Shown here piece after piece: positions 19,822 to 28,873 of a stretch of 64,000 bases of DNA; position 1 is the first letter of the stretch; each line of letters opens with the position of its first letter. Origin of the DNA: Candidatus Poseidoniaceae archaeon. Its GTDB lineage: Archaea > Thermoplasmatota > Poseidoniia > Poseidoniales > Poseidoniaceae. The translations under genes were made by a program, and so were the position numbers. Below the pieces are notes generated by a model. The model searched no databases. It saw nothing but the letters and a program-made list of their open reading frames with translations, and was not told the DNA's origin. The DNA lies in contig CASIAP010000009.1 of the NCBI GenBank assembly GCA_949372645.1, positions 65,107 to 129,106 of the forward strand, written 5' to 3'.

Positions 19822-22800
19822 TTACTTCCATTGATTGGTATCCCAATCGTTGCTTGGTGGGGGCACATACTGACTCAACTGAGAGAAATCTGGAGCTGCT
19901 GGTACATCAGCGTACATCGGAGGGGGAGCAAATAGCGGTGGTGCCTGCTTCGGACGTGCTTGTTGCTTTGGATTCGGGTGTTGACGGCGAGTGATGAAGA
20001 GGACAATGAAAAGCAAGGCTACGACACCTCCAAGCATCCAAACGAGGAAGTACGAGCCGAAATCCAATCCTTTTGAATTTTGATTGGTTTCCAAGGTCGC
20101 TTTTTCATCCGCTTCTTCGAGAACTGGCGGATGCCACACTGTATAGGTTACCAACCATTTTATCTCGATAGATCCAGTGTCATCCGAAATAACAACTTTG
20201 ATTTCATAGGGCTCCAATGTCCCATTAAAGGCACATAATTCCTGCGAAAAGGTGATGTTGGGCTGCTGACAATTGTGAGCCATTTCTCCAAAAGAAAGTC
20301 CTTGACCCAACAGTGTTTGATTTCTATACCAGAGGGTTGTGAGGTTAAGTCGTTGAATTGACAAAGGATCAAGTTCGAGTACCACGCCAAGTTCCAGAGA
20401 ATCATTTGTAGCATTGAGGGAAACATCTCCCATTAAAGGCCCAGGAGTAATCCAAATTGCTCGATCGATTCCTTCATCAATCGCTCCATCACAATTATCA
20501 TCTAAACCATTCCAATCTTCAAGTGCATTTGGTGAACGGGCAGAATCGTTGTCATCACAATCAAGGAACCAACGGAAACCGTCTTGATCGGCATCTGGAT
20601 CGATTACGAACGGGTTTGTGAACGTAGAAAGAACTTCAATTCCATCCCTTAATCCATCACCGTCAGTATCGTCATCGAACGGGTCTGTACCGATTTCAAG
20701 AAATTCAACTAAATCGAGTAATCCATCCGCATCCGCATCTGTTCCGTTAAATGTCTCATCAGCTTCCCCGTCACAATTGTTATCGATGCCATCTAAGAGT
20801 TCGAGAGCATCCGGGTAAATGCTTGAATTTGTATCGTTACAATCTTCAAACCAATAGAAACCATCCATGTCAGTGTCGTTATCTTTGACCAATGGATTGG
20901 TCAGAAGAATCAGTACTTCTCGTCCGTCGTCGAGGAAATCTCCATCTGTATCGGTTGCTGAAATATTAGTGCCGAAGATGTGGAATTCACCAAAGTCAGA
21001 GAGTCCATCGCCATCTGTATCGGTGGCATTGAACCCTTCATCCCATTGGCCATCGCAATTATCATCGATGCCGTTGAGCACCTCAAGTGCACCAGGGTAG
21101 ACCATTGCATTGGTGTCGTTACAATCTTGGAACCAGTAGAAAGCATCCCCGTCATCGTCTGGGTCAGGCACAAGTGGATTGGTGCCATACAGCAAGACTT
21201 CTTCTCCATCGAGTAACAAATCATCATCTGTATCATTGTCCAACGGGTCGGTTCCATTAACATTGATCTCGACTCCATCTGTTAAGCCATCACCATCAGT
21301 ATCTGCAACCAACGGATTGGTTCCATACACCAGCACTTCCGTACCGTCATTGATGGTATCGTCGTCTGTATCAATATCATTGGGGTCAGTACCATAGACA
21401 TCGGTTTCATTGGTATCAGAGAGATTATCACCATCAGAATCGAGATTTATTTGGGTGCCATAGATAATCAGTTCCCAATCATCGAACGAGCCAACATCAT
21501 TGTTTCCTTGGTCTTCGACGGTAAGTGTCCAGTCACCACGGCTGTCTTCATCCCAGTTGTGCACGGTTGAAAAGCGCCAGTTGCTGTAATCGGAATTCTC
21601 ATCATCGTGTTTTTCACTCAAAACACTCTCAGTTCCAGATGGACTTGTTAAGATAATTTCCAGATCACCGCGGAAGTCATGAGGAATATCTACGATGATG
21701 TCGACATTTTCGACCAAGATTGCATCGGGGACTGTAGTATTGCTTGAGATATAGTTCGGACTGTTGTCTGGAATATCTGTATCGACGGTGGTTGTACCTG
21801 AAGAGAAGGAGATTTCTTGTTCGACGGAAGTCCAACTTTCTGCCATTGAAACTGCGGCACCAGCGTCGATTACGCCATACCCGTACTTGTGACTCACCTC
21901 ATGGCCAGCACCATTGACTCCCCAAGAAGAATCGGAAGCATCGTTTTTGCGGGAGGTGAGGACGATGATGTGTTGAACATCCCGCCATGTCAGGTTTGCG
22001 TTTGCCTCGAGCATCAGAGCAATGACGCCAGAAACAAGAGGTGTTGCTGAAGAAGTCCCCCCAAAGGAATCCGTGTAATCGTTATTCGTGTAGCCACCAG
22101 AACCTTCGATGTCGGTTGTAGTGATGCTTTCACCATCACCATTTGAGGGCGAGGCAACGAGGATATTTGCTCCAGGTTCAGCGTAGTAGGACTGTCTGCC
22201 TTTGTGATCGACGGCAGTTACTGCAATGGTGTAACGAAGATTTGCATATCCGTCATAATTAGAATTATCATCATCATCTAATCCATTCCCAGCGGCCCAT
22301 GTGATGATGTTTCCAAGTCCATTCCTTCCAACTAATGCATCGTTTTGCATGGCCGCTAACATCAGTGGACCGGGCCCTTCAAGAGTTTCTCCATTATCGC
22401 TCGGGCCCCATGAATTGGAATAGATATCAATATCTTGACGTTCGTGCCCTAATGCCCCTCCTTCGCGGACATCAGTTGTACTGCATGAAATCAATTGCAG
22501 TCCAGCAAGGCCTGCCTTCGGAGCTGAACCACTGACACCAATGTTGTTGTCGCCAACGCCTGCCGCGACTCCGGCAGAGGCTGTACCATGAGCGTTGTTG
22601 GAGCTCGGGGAAGGATCGCCATCATCGCCACAGAAATCGTAGTCAAGCGTCGATTCGTAATAATTATCTAAATCAGGGTGCGTCCAGTCGAGTCCATCAT
22701 CCACGATTCCAATGACAATGCCCGTTCCTCTGTATGAATTCCAGGCGCCCGTGATGTTGACGTCTTCTCCACTTGTCCCTCCGGTTTGGCCAGTGTTCTG

Positions 22801-23253
22801 AAGGTGCCACTGGTCGGAGAATTTGGGGTCATTTGGAACCCAACGAGGCTGCATGTCGTTTTCGACTAAAGGATAAGCAACCTCGATTATACCGTTTTCT
22901 ATTTGTTGTGAAAACAGCCTTGAGGCTTCAAACGGATTGACATCAACAATCCATGCACCGGCCAGATCTTTTGCCGGCTCGCCAGCATACTCTGATGCAA
23001 TAACGACCCATTGGGTAGCGGATTCCAACTGTGTTTCTGAATAGATTGACAGGTCGCTTTTCTGGGCGAGGGCTGCTTGAATTATTGGAGAATACGAATC
23101 GACGATCGTCCCATCCCCCGCTTCTTCTATTCCAGTTTCGAGAGGTTCAGAGGACGGCGTGGTTAATGCGCTTGCCATTGGCGAGAGCAATGAGCATACC
23201 AGGACAAACAGTATGGCACAAGTGCGCATACCTTCTTGTCGTCCTTGGTCCAT
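19822..23253 (-). CDS. secreted, C-terminally membrane-anchored subtilisin/kexin-like serine protease (S8) with P-domain, TSP3-like Ca-binding repeats and MopE-like Cys repeats
   Basis: Catalytic triad contexts IGIVDDGLD, HGTASAGVAAG and GGTSSATPLVSG. P-domain block GDLEIILTSPSGTES...GDWTLTVEDQG...DDWELIIYG. DxDxDGxxD repeats, then 3x (F/Y)WFxDCNDTN...NGIDDNCDG. C-terminal TM and Pro-rich tail. Signal peptide from the alternative ATG 23229. Confidence 0.9.
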   Translation of the reverse strand: MDQGRQEGMRTCAILFVLVCSLLSPMASALTTPSSEPLETGIEEAGDGTIVDSYSPIIQAALAQKSDLSIYSETQLESATQWVVIASEYAGEPAKDLAGAWIVDVNPFEASRLFSQQIENGIIEVAYPLVENDMQPRWVPNDPKFSDQWHLQNTGQTGGTSGEDVNITGAWNSYRGTGIVIGIVDDGLDWTHPDLDNYYESTLDYDFCGDDGDPSPSSNNAHGTASAGVAAGVGDNNIGVSGSAPKAGLAGLQLISCSTTDVREGGALGHERQDIDIYSNSWGPSDNGETLEGPGPLMLAAMQNDALVGRNGLGNIITWAAGNGLDDDDNSNYDGYANLRYTIAVTAVDHKGRQSYYAEPGANILVASPSNGDGESITTTDIEGSGGYTNNDYTDSFGGTSSATPLVSGVIALMLEANANLTWRDVQHIIVLTSRKNDASDSSWGVNGAGHEVSHKYGYGVIDAGAAVSMAESWTSVEQEISFSSGTTTVDTDIPDNSPNYISSNTTVPDAILVENVDIIVDIPHDFRGDLEIILTSPSGTESVLSEKHDDENSDYSNWRFSTVHNWDEDSRGDWTLTVEDQGNNDVGSFDDWELIIYGTQINLDSDGDNLSDTNETDVYGTDPNDIDTDDDTINDGTEVLVYGTNPLVADTDGDGLTDGVEINVNGTDPLDNDTDDDLLLDGEEVLLYGTNPLVPDPDDDGDAFYWFQDCNDTNAMVYPGALEVLNGIDDNCDGQWDEGFNATDTDGDGLSDFGEFHIFGTNISATDTDGDFLDDGREVLILLTNPLVKDNDTDMDGFYWFEDCNDTNSSIYPDALELLDGIDNNCDGEADETFNGTDADADGLLDLVEFLEIGTDPFDDDTDGDGLRDGIEVLSTFTNPFVIDPDADQDGFRWFLDCDDNDSARSPNALEDWNGLDDNCDGAIDEGIDRAIWITPGPLMGDVSLNATNDSLELGVVLELDPLSIQRLNLTTLWYRNQTLLGQGLSFGEMAHNCQQPNITFSQELCAFNGTLEPYEIKVVISDDTGSIEIKWLVTYTVWHPPVLEEADEKATLETNQNSKGLDFGSYFLVWMLGGVVALLFIVLFITRRQHPNPKQQARPKQAPPLFAPPPMYADVPAAPDFSQLSQYVPPPSNDWDTNQWK
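20440..21470 (-). repeat. in-frame tandem coding repeats inside the protease gene (~285-nt unit x ~2.5, plus shorter TSP3-like units)
   Basis: Protein-level repeats DGDAFYWFQDCNDTNAMVYPGALEVLNGIDDNCDG, DMDGFYWFEDCNDTNSSIYPDALELLDGIDNNCDG and DQDGFRWFLDCDDNDSARSPNALEDWNGLDDNCDG, each followed by DTDGDGL-type loops. Confidence 0.8.
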
Positions 23254-23570
23254 ATTAGCACTACCTGTCTTCTGTTAGTAATTGGCCAGATAAACGAAGG
23301 GCAAGTGCTTGGAGAGTTTCCTCACTGCTTTTCAACGACCGAATATACCGTGGAATGGTATGTCTCGATTGAGCGAGGTCATCAAGGGAGCCTACCCATT
23401 CAAGTGATTGTGTCGGGCGAGATAATGAAGCAGTAGTGGAAGAATGAACACTCCATACTGAACACCCATCGCCATCTTCTGACGCAGTTTGCAAGCACCA
23501 TTGTTGCGGTAATGGAGATGATTTACACTTCAGAGAATGCCTTTCTGCAAATCGAACAAGGCAATCGTGT

Positions 23571-23963
23571 TCAATGAACGGTACCCCCCATTTCTTCGAG
23601 TGCTTGTCGAGATTGCTCGTCTTCTGCACCCAATTGAAACCACACCAGTGGAAAGTCTTCTTTTGGGAACCGAATGATGAGATTGCGAACAACAGCTCGG
23701 GCGCGTTGTGGGGCAAGGAACAAAACGACAACTTCAGGAATGATACCGTCATCTATGTTGGGGCGAATTGGGAATCCTTCAATGGTTGCACCCCCGTCAC
23801 GTGGGTGAATGGGAGCGACTGCCCACCCGCGCTCCTTCAACTCTGAAACAGCAGAATGAGCAGGGCGCTCTGTATTCAGGCCGGCGCCATAAATGTGAAT
23901 CACATGAGCCGAGGATAAGACCGACTTGAGCGAAACAATATCATCTTCATTTCGTGAATCCAT
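23571..23963 (-). CDS. CoA-binding domain protein (YccU/YneT-like), C-terminus apparently frameshifted
   Basis: VIHIYGAGLNTERPAHSAVSELKERGWAVAPIHP and VVLFLAPQRA resemble the CoA-binding Rossmann fold. The expected C-terminal block (G-VPFIEHDCLVRF) is in the +1 frame just after a G6 run (C6 on the plus strand, 23584-23589). Confidence 0.7.
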   Translation of the reverse strand: MDSRNEDDIVSLKSVLSSAHVIHIYGAGLNTERPAHSAVSELKERGWAVAPIHPRDGGATIEGFPIRPNIDDGIIPEVVVLFLAPQRARAVVRNLIIRFPKEDFPLVWFQLGAEDEQSRQALEEMGGTVH

Positions 23964-24064
23964 GATTGTAAATTTTCGGTTCCACTTATCAAAACTTGTA
24001 CAGGCACTCCCTCAGTGACAAACGCATCTGCATGTTTCAAGACACCAAACCCCCAGCCCGTACC

Positions 24065-25006
24065 ATGGCAGCCTCAAAGCGACCTCCACATGACCGAGGT
24101 CATGAGTTATGGACGGCAGAAGAAGGCCCCTCGCGCTTGCTTTTAGCAAGCATTGACCGATGGGTGAGTGCTTTGCTTGCAGACGATGGGATAAGTATGC
24201 CTTTCATGGGTGGTTCATCGAAAGTCACCGCAACAATTTCTGCGCGTGCAGATGGAATCATCGTTGGTACGGCTGCAGTCGACCATATGTTGCAGATTTG
24301 GGCCCCCTCTTTGAAGATTTCTTGGATGGCGAGCGATGGTAAGAAAGTGTCTCAGGAAGATGAAGTCGCAGTCCTTTCAGGAGATCGTGAAACCCTTCTG
24401 GCCATGGAACGCAGCATCCTCAATATCTTAGGGCAACTTTCTGGAATTGCAACAGAAGCAAAGCGTTGGTCTGCACGTGCTCCAGGCCAAATTGCTTGCA
24501 CGCGAAAAACAGTATGGGGCCTCTTAGACAAATGGGCAGTCCATCTTGGCGGTGGTTTGACTCACCGCTTACATCGTGACGATGCTATGATGCTGAAAGA
24601 AAATGATCTCGCCTCCATGCACCAAGAATTGGACACACATGCAAGCCGTATTGTTGCCTATTTGCAAGAAGTTTCAGGAGATGATTGCGGTGCATTCTTA
24701 GAAATTGAAGTTCGAGAGGACAAAGAAGCCATCATGGCTGCTGCTGCTTGGGCTCAACGAGAAGGAGCCTCCCTCCCTCGACTTGTCATCATGTTGGACA
24801 ATTTCGGTCCTGAACGCAGCCGCGAGATTGTCGCCCAGTTAGTTGAGATGAATTTGAGAGACCATATTTGGCTTGAAGCGAGTGGCGGGATTGTGTATGA
24901 CCAACTTGACCAGTGGCATGAAAGCGGAATGGATGTACTTTCGACAAGTGCAGTGAATCGAGGCGTTTCACCACTTGATCTTTCGATGATTGTCGATGAT
25001 GCTTGA
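24065..25006 (+). CDS. nadC: nicotinate-nucleotide (quinolinate) pyrophosphorylase family protein (NadC/ModD-like)
   Basis: Type II PRTase blocks: ISARADGIIVG, ILGQLSGIATEAKRW, ACTRKTVWGL, LHRDDAMMLKEND, IMLDNFGPE, LEASGGI. Start chosen at ATG 24065; the track begins at TTG 23996. Confidence 0.7.
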   Translation: MAASKRPPHDRGHELWTAEEGPSRLLLASIDRWVSALLADDGISMPFMGGSSKVTATISARADGIIVGTAAVDHMLQIWAPSLKISWMASDGKKVSQEDEVAVLSGDRETLLAMERSILNILGQLSGIATEAKRWSARAPGQIACTRKTVWGLLDKWAVHLGGGLTHRLHRDDAMMLKENDLASMHQELDTHASRIVAYLQEVSGDDCGAFLEIEVREDKEAIMAAAAWAQREGASLPRLVIMLDNFGPERSREIVAQLVEMNLRDHIWLEASGGIVYDQLDQWHESGMDVLSTSAVNRGVSPLDLSMIVDDA

Positions 25007-25015
25007 GGGGATGCT

Positions 25016-25768
25016 ATGAGCAAAATCGCTGCAGACCCGAGCCACCCGCGGTATCAATCATTATTGATGCGACATCGACTCGAAGAGGCTGAGAAGAAAG
25101 GAATGCTCGCTGGAAGTGCATTGATTGCACACGGTAGAGGCGAGGCTTTCGATTATTTGCTCGGTGAACAAACGATTCCCAGCGCTTTGATAGCGACACA
25201 ACAGGCCCTTGCTCTTTTGTCTTCAGCCAATCATCCAGTCATCAGCCTCAATGGTAATGTCGTGGCTCTTGCCGGTAAGGAGGTCCTCCACCTTGCGCAC
25301 CAACTCAAGTGTCCCGTTGAAATCAATATATTTTATCGAACTCCAGAACGAATGGAGGCATTGCTCGGCCATCTTAATGAAATTAAACTCCGAGAAGAAT
25401 TGGATGTCGAGATTCTTGGAGCAGAACCTGATGCCCGAATTCCAGGTCTCGAAGGGCCACGTGCTAATTGTTCAAAGCGAGGTATTTTCGATTCGGATGT
25501 AATTCTCGTACCGCTCGAAGATGGCGACCGCTGCGAGGCTTTAGTGGCGATGGGGAAAACCGTTCTCGTCATTGATTTGAATCCTCTTTCCCGCACTGCT
25601 CGAATGGCTTCAGTTACTATTGTAGACGAGTTATCAAGAGTTATTACAAACATGAATAAAATGCTTCTCTCAGATAAGGTAGCTCAACCGGGCGACAATT
25701 ATCAAAATGCTCAATGTATCCAAGAGGCGCTTACCCACATCGCAACTTTTCTTTCTTCGGAAGGGTAA
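25016..25768 (+). CDS. archaeal phosphopantothenate synthetase (4-phosphopantoate--beta-alanine ligase, COG1701 family)
   Basis: HPRYQSLLMRHRL...AHGRGEAFDYLLGEQT...ISLNGNVVAL...VPLEDGDRCEAL...VIDLNPLSRTA match the conserved blocks of this archaea-specific CoA-pathway enzyme, as I recall them. Confidence 0.8.
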   Translation: MSKIAADPSHPRYQSLLMRHRLEEAEKKGMLAGSALIAHGRGEAFDYLLGEQTIPSALIATQQALALLSSANHPVISLNGNVVALAGKEVLHLAHQLKCPVEINIFYRTPERMEALLGHLNEIKLREELDVEILGAEPDARIPGLEGPRANCSKRGIFDSDVILVPLEDGDRCEALVAMGKTVLVIDLNPLSRTARMASVTIVDELSRVITNMNKMLLSDKVAQPGDNYQNAQCIQEALTHIATFLSSEG

Positions 25769-25844
25769 TTCAGGCCTTTAAATTTCATTTGAAAGATATT
25801 GCCGGCAAACTCTTTTTATCCAAGAACGATGATTATCCATCGAA

Positions 25845-26465
25845 ATGAGCGAAATTCCAACTCCTAATCTTAAAAAAAACAAATTTGGGGCATCCGTTTC
25901 GTTTGATCTTGAAAAACCACCAGAGCCGAAACGACGAGAAAAGAAAGATTCAGAAGAAGAACATATCGAACTTCCTCTCGAAGTACGCTCCAACGCTACA
26001 GAGGCCGGTTGCCCGGGGTGCGGTCAAGATATTTCTGAAGATGAATGGGTTGAAGCATTGGTAGGTTTTGTTTCAGGGGTTCGAGATTTTGAAATCGGTA
26101 ATTCTGTTCGTTCGCGAATAGTACAAACATTGAGGAATACGGTGACAAATATGGACACTCCGCATCCCCGGGATGTATGGGAATTAAGTGTTGTTGCACG
26201 GCTTATGGACGAAATTGAGCGAATTGTCCAGGCAGAAATCCTTCGAAATTCAAACGAAGAATCCGAGCCAAATTTTTCTGCAACTGAAGTTCAAGAAATG
26301 ATTCAATCTACGGAACTCCAAACTCGAAATTCAATGGCAGTCGAAATATGGGAGGACGTAGTCGTTCAGGTCCAAACCGCATTAGAGCCTGAATTACGCA
26401 AGCAAATAGAGCAAGAATTGTGGAGTGAATTTGAAGCGGAACTCCGTCGACGTCAAGAGATTTAG
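25845..26465 (+). CDS. hypothetical acidic protein
   Basis: 206-aa ORF with a single CPGCG motif and a helical, Glu-rich C-terminus. No family recognised. Confidence 0.4.
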   Translation: MSEIPTPNLKKNKFGASVSFDLEKPPEPKRREKKDSEEEHIELPLEVRSNATEAGCPGCGQDISEDEWVEALVGFVSGVRDFEIGNSVRSRIVQTLRNTVTNMDTPHPRDVWELSVVARLMDEIERIVQAEILRNSNEESEPNFSATEVQEMIQSTELQTRNSMAVEIWEDVVVQVQTALEPELRKQIEQELWSEFEAELRRRQEI

Positions 26466-27646
26466 AACGTGTCTTGTAATTTCGTTGCAAGCCGAGCAGC
26501 AATACTTTCCCCGACACTTGAACATGAAGCATCGCCGCCCAAGTCATAGGTGAGTCCCTTCCCATCTCGCAAATGGTCTGCAACACTTTGATCGATAAGA
26601 CTGCCAATTTCCGTCAACTCATCATCATTGTTCTTCCGACCGAGCCAATTCATCATCAATTGAATTGAATTGATACTCGCAATTGGATTGACTTTATTCA
26701 TGCCAGCATATTTTGGAGCCGAGCCATGAACTGGTTCAAAGAATGCATTCTTGTCGCCAATATTTCCAGATGCTGCCATGCCCATTCCTCCTTGGAGGAC
26801 AGCACCCAAATCTGTTGCAATATCGCCAAACATGTTTGAAGTCACCACTACATCATAACTTTCTGGGCTTCGAGTGAGCCATTGCGTAAAAGCGTCAATG
26901 TATCCGTAATCGAGTTCAGTACCTGGGTAATCAGTAGCCACTTTGTCAAATGTTCGGCGGAACAACTGACATCCACGAGTTACATTGGATTTGTCGATGC
27001 ATGAAACGCGCTTTTGACCATCGATCGGAGCGCCATTACGAGTTTCTGCAATTTCAAAACCCATTCGAATAAGACGTTCACTGCCATGTTCAGAGATTGG
27101 GCGAGGATCGTAAGCAACTTCGCCTTTCAGACCAGGGAATGTCATTTCTGGAGGTTCGTAGGGCGGGCGACCCATTGCGCGGTCGGCACTGCGTCGAAGA
27201 AGAGAATGATACAACCCTTCTGTGTTCTCTCGTAGGATAGTCATATCCACCATTCCAGGTTGCCAAATCTGAGTGAATTTACCATGAACTTTGTGCGGGA
27301 CTCCTTCATAGAGTTTAATCGGACGAAGATTTGCATACAGATCTAGACCACTGCGCAGTCCTAGAATCACAGAGCCACCAGCAAGGTCGCCGTTTGGGAG
27401 GAATGCACCGGGATGTCCAATTGCTCCAAGATACAAAGCATCAGCTTCTTCTCGGCAAAAATCAAATGAACCTTCAGCCCATTCTTCTCCAGTTTCGACA
27501 TAATGCTGTCCACCGCATTGAATGACAGTTTGCTCAAACCCTTGGTTTGTATGCTGTTCGATGGTGTCGAGTATCCGTTGTGCTTCAATCGCAACTTCTC
27601 GACCAGTTCCATCGCCCGGTAATATGCCAATGCGATAGTCTGCCAT
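26462..27646 (-). CDS. isocitrate/isopropylmalate dehydrogenase-family beta-decarboxylating dehydrogenase (LeuB/TtuC-like)
   Basis: YRIGILPGDGTGREV at the N-terminus; NMFGDIATDLGAVLQGGMGMAASGNIG and FEPVHGSAPKYAG. Start at ATG 27646 (the track start 27664 is TTG). Substrate cannot be assigned by eye. Confidence 0.85.
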   Translation of the reverse strand: MADYRIGILPGDGTGREVAIEAQRILDTIEQHTNQGFEQTVIQCGGQHYVETGEEWAEGSFDFCREEADALYLGAIGHPGAFLPNGDLAGGSVILGLRSGLDLYANLRPIKLYEGVPHKVHGKFTQIWQPGMVDMTILRENTEGLYHSLLRRSADRAMGRPPYEPPEMTFPGLKGEVAYDPRPISEHGSERLIRMGFEIAETRNGAPIDGQKRVSCIDKSNVTRGCQLFRRTFDKVATDYPGTELDYGYIDAFTQWLTRSPESYDVVVTSNMFGDIATDLGAVLQGGMGMAASGNIGDKNAFFEPVHGSAPKYAGMNKVNPIASINSIQLMMNWLGRKNNDDELTEIGSLIDQSVADHLRDGKGLTYDLGGDASCSSVGESIAARLATKLQDTF

Positions 27647-27871
27647 GTTTTTTCGCAAGAGCAACCCCTACATGAACGCGCCCCCTTTTACCAAAGGGGC
27701 TCGCATTTCATCATCTTTTGATTTCAGGCCGTTGGCAATGGCATGAGGTTTGTAGCCAGTGGAGCCGTACTTTACCACGCGTAGGAGAGGCGCGTTTCGA
27801 TTCTGCAATGGAACCCAAGGTCCCTTTCAAACGAGAGGTTTCATAGGCCGTCATTGAGGAGAGTAGCTAAC

Positions 27872-28519
27872 ATGAGCGACAAGCAGCACAAGGTTTCCGA
27901 GGAGCAAATTGCGGTCGAACACATGCCCGAAGAAGTTCAACGATTGGTTGAAGTCATGAGTGGCGTCAATCCAGAATGGAGTCTCGGGAAATGGTTAGCA
28001 GAACAAGCGGACATGGCTCTTGAACTCATTACAATCGACCTTACTCGTGAAAGAATGGCTATTGAACAAAGGTTACACAGGCTTGAAGCGATTGGTCGAC
28101 GACTCAATGTACTTGACAATCAAGACACAGATCCTTTTCAGCGGAATATATTCGATTGTTTTGACCTTGAAGTTGACCCGAGTTTGAATGGGCTTGGGAA
28201 ACGAACTGCAGACAGTGAAGACAGCATTGACTTTTCAACAAAGGCCGAGGTCGTCATGCATCCTGCGAACAATTTCATCGAATTACTGCCTGATGAAGAA
28301 AGTGACGACCCTCTTCTCGCTGTAGTTTGCCAAATGTTACTCATTCATGTTGAAACTGAAATGTCACAAGGGCAACCCTGCGCAACGCTTGAAACTATAT
28401 TCAAACACTTGAATTCAAGCGGAATTAGCCCAGAAGAAATTGATGAGGCGCTGGATCATTTACTCATGAACGGCACGTTAGTTGAAATCGATGACGACTG
28501 TTTTGTTCCAATGAATTGA
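27872..28519 (+). CDS. hypothetical acidic cytoplasmic protein
   Basis: 215 aa from ATG 27872. Helical N-part; the C-terminal ~60 aa (ISPEEIDEALDHLLMNGTLVEIDDD) could be a winged-helix-like module, but this is a weak call. Confidence 0.45.
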   Translation: MSDKQHKVSEEQIAVEHMPEEVQRLVEVMSGVNPEWSLGKWLAEQADMALELITIDLTRERMAIEQRLHRLEAIGRRLNVLDNQDTDPFQRNIFDCFDLEVDPSLNGLGKRTADSEDSIDFSTKAEVVMHPANNFIELLPDEESDDPLLAVVCQMLLIHVETEMSQGQPCATLETIFKHLNSSGISPEEIDEALDHLLMNGTLVEIDDDCFVPMN

Positions 28520-28558
28520 TTCCGACATATTGACACGAAAGCACTTCTTCGCCGATTC

Positions 28559-28873
28559 ATGGCCAGTAAAAAGGAAGGCGCTAAGCGACTTCTTGACACT
28601 TTAGATTCGAAAGGAAAGTTGTCGAATCGACTTCGATTTGCGATTAGCCAGGCAGTAATCTTGAGCTTTTTCATCGGTTACTTCACCGAGCAATGGCGTT
28701 TTGGTTTAGCTGCCTTACTTCTGTTTGGTTTATTGATTCAGTTTTCGTTTGAAAGAATGAAAAACAGCATTGAAGCAAGCCGGATTCAAGCAATATCGGA
28801 TCTCGGTTGGAAAGAAACCTCTCTTTCAGATGAAGAGTGCAAAACGCGGCTGATGAAGATTCTCAACGGGTGA
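28559..28873 (+). CDS. hypothetical small membrane protein (2 TM)
   Basis: 104 aa. TM segments AISQAVILSFFIGYF and FGLAALLLFGLLIQF. The stop overlaps the next start (TGATG). Confidence 0.45.
   Translation: MASKKEGAKRLLDTLDSKGKLSNRLRFAISQAVILSFFIGYFTEQWRFGLAALLLFGLLIQFSFERMKNSIEASRIQAISDLGWKETSLSDEECKTRLMKILNG

Noticed and set aside
20440-21470. Regularly spaced nucleotide repeats that could suggest a CRISPR-like or satellite array
   Set aside because: The repeats are in frame inside a long ORF and encode TSP3-like and MopE-like protein modules. The units (~285 nt) have no short unique spacers. This is a coding tandem repeat.
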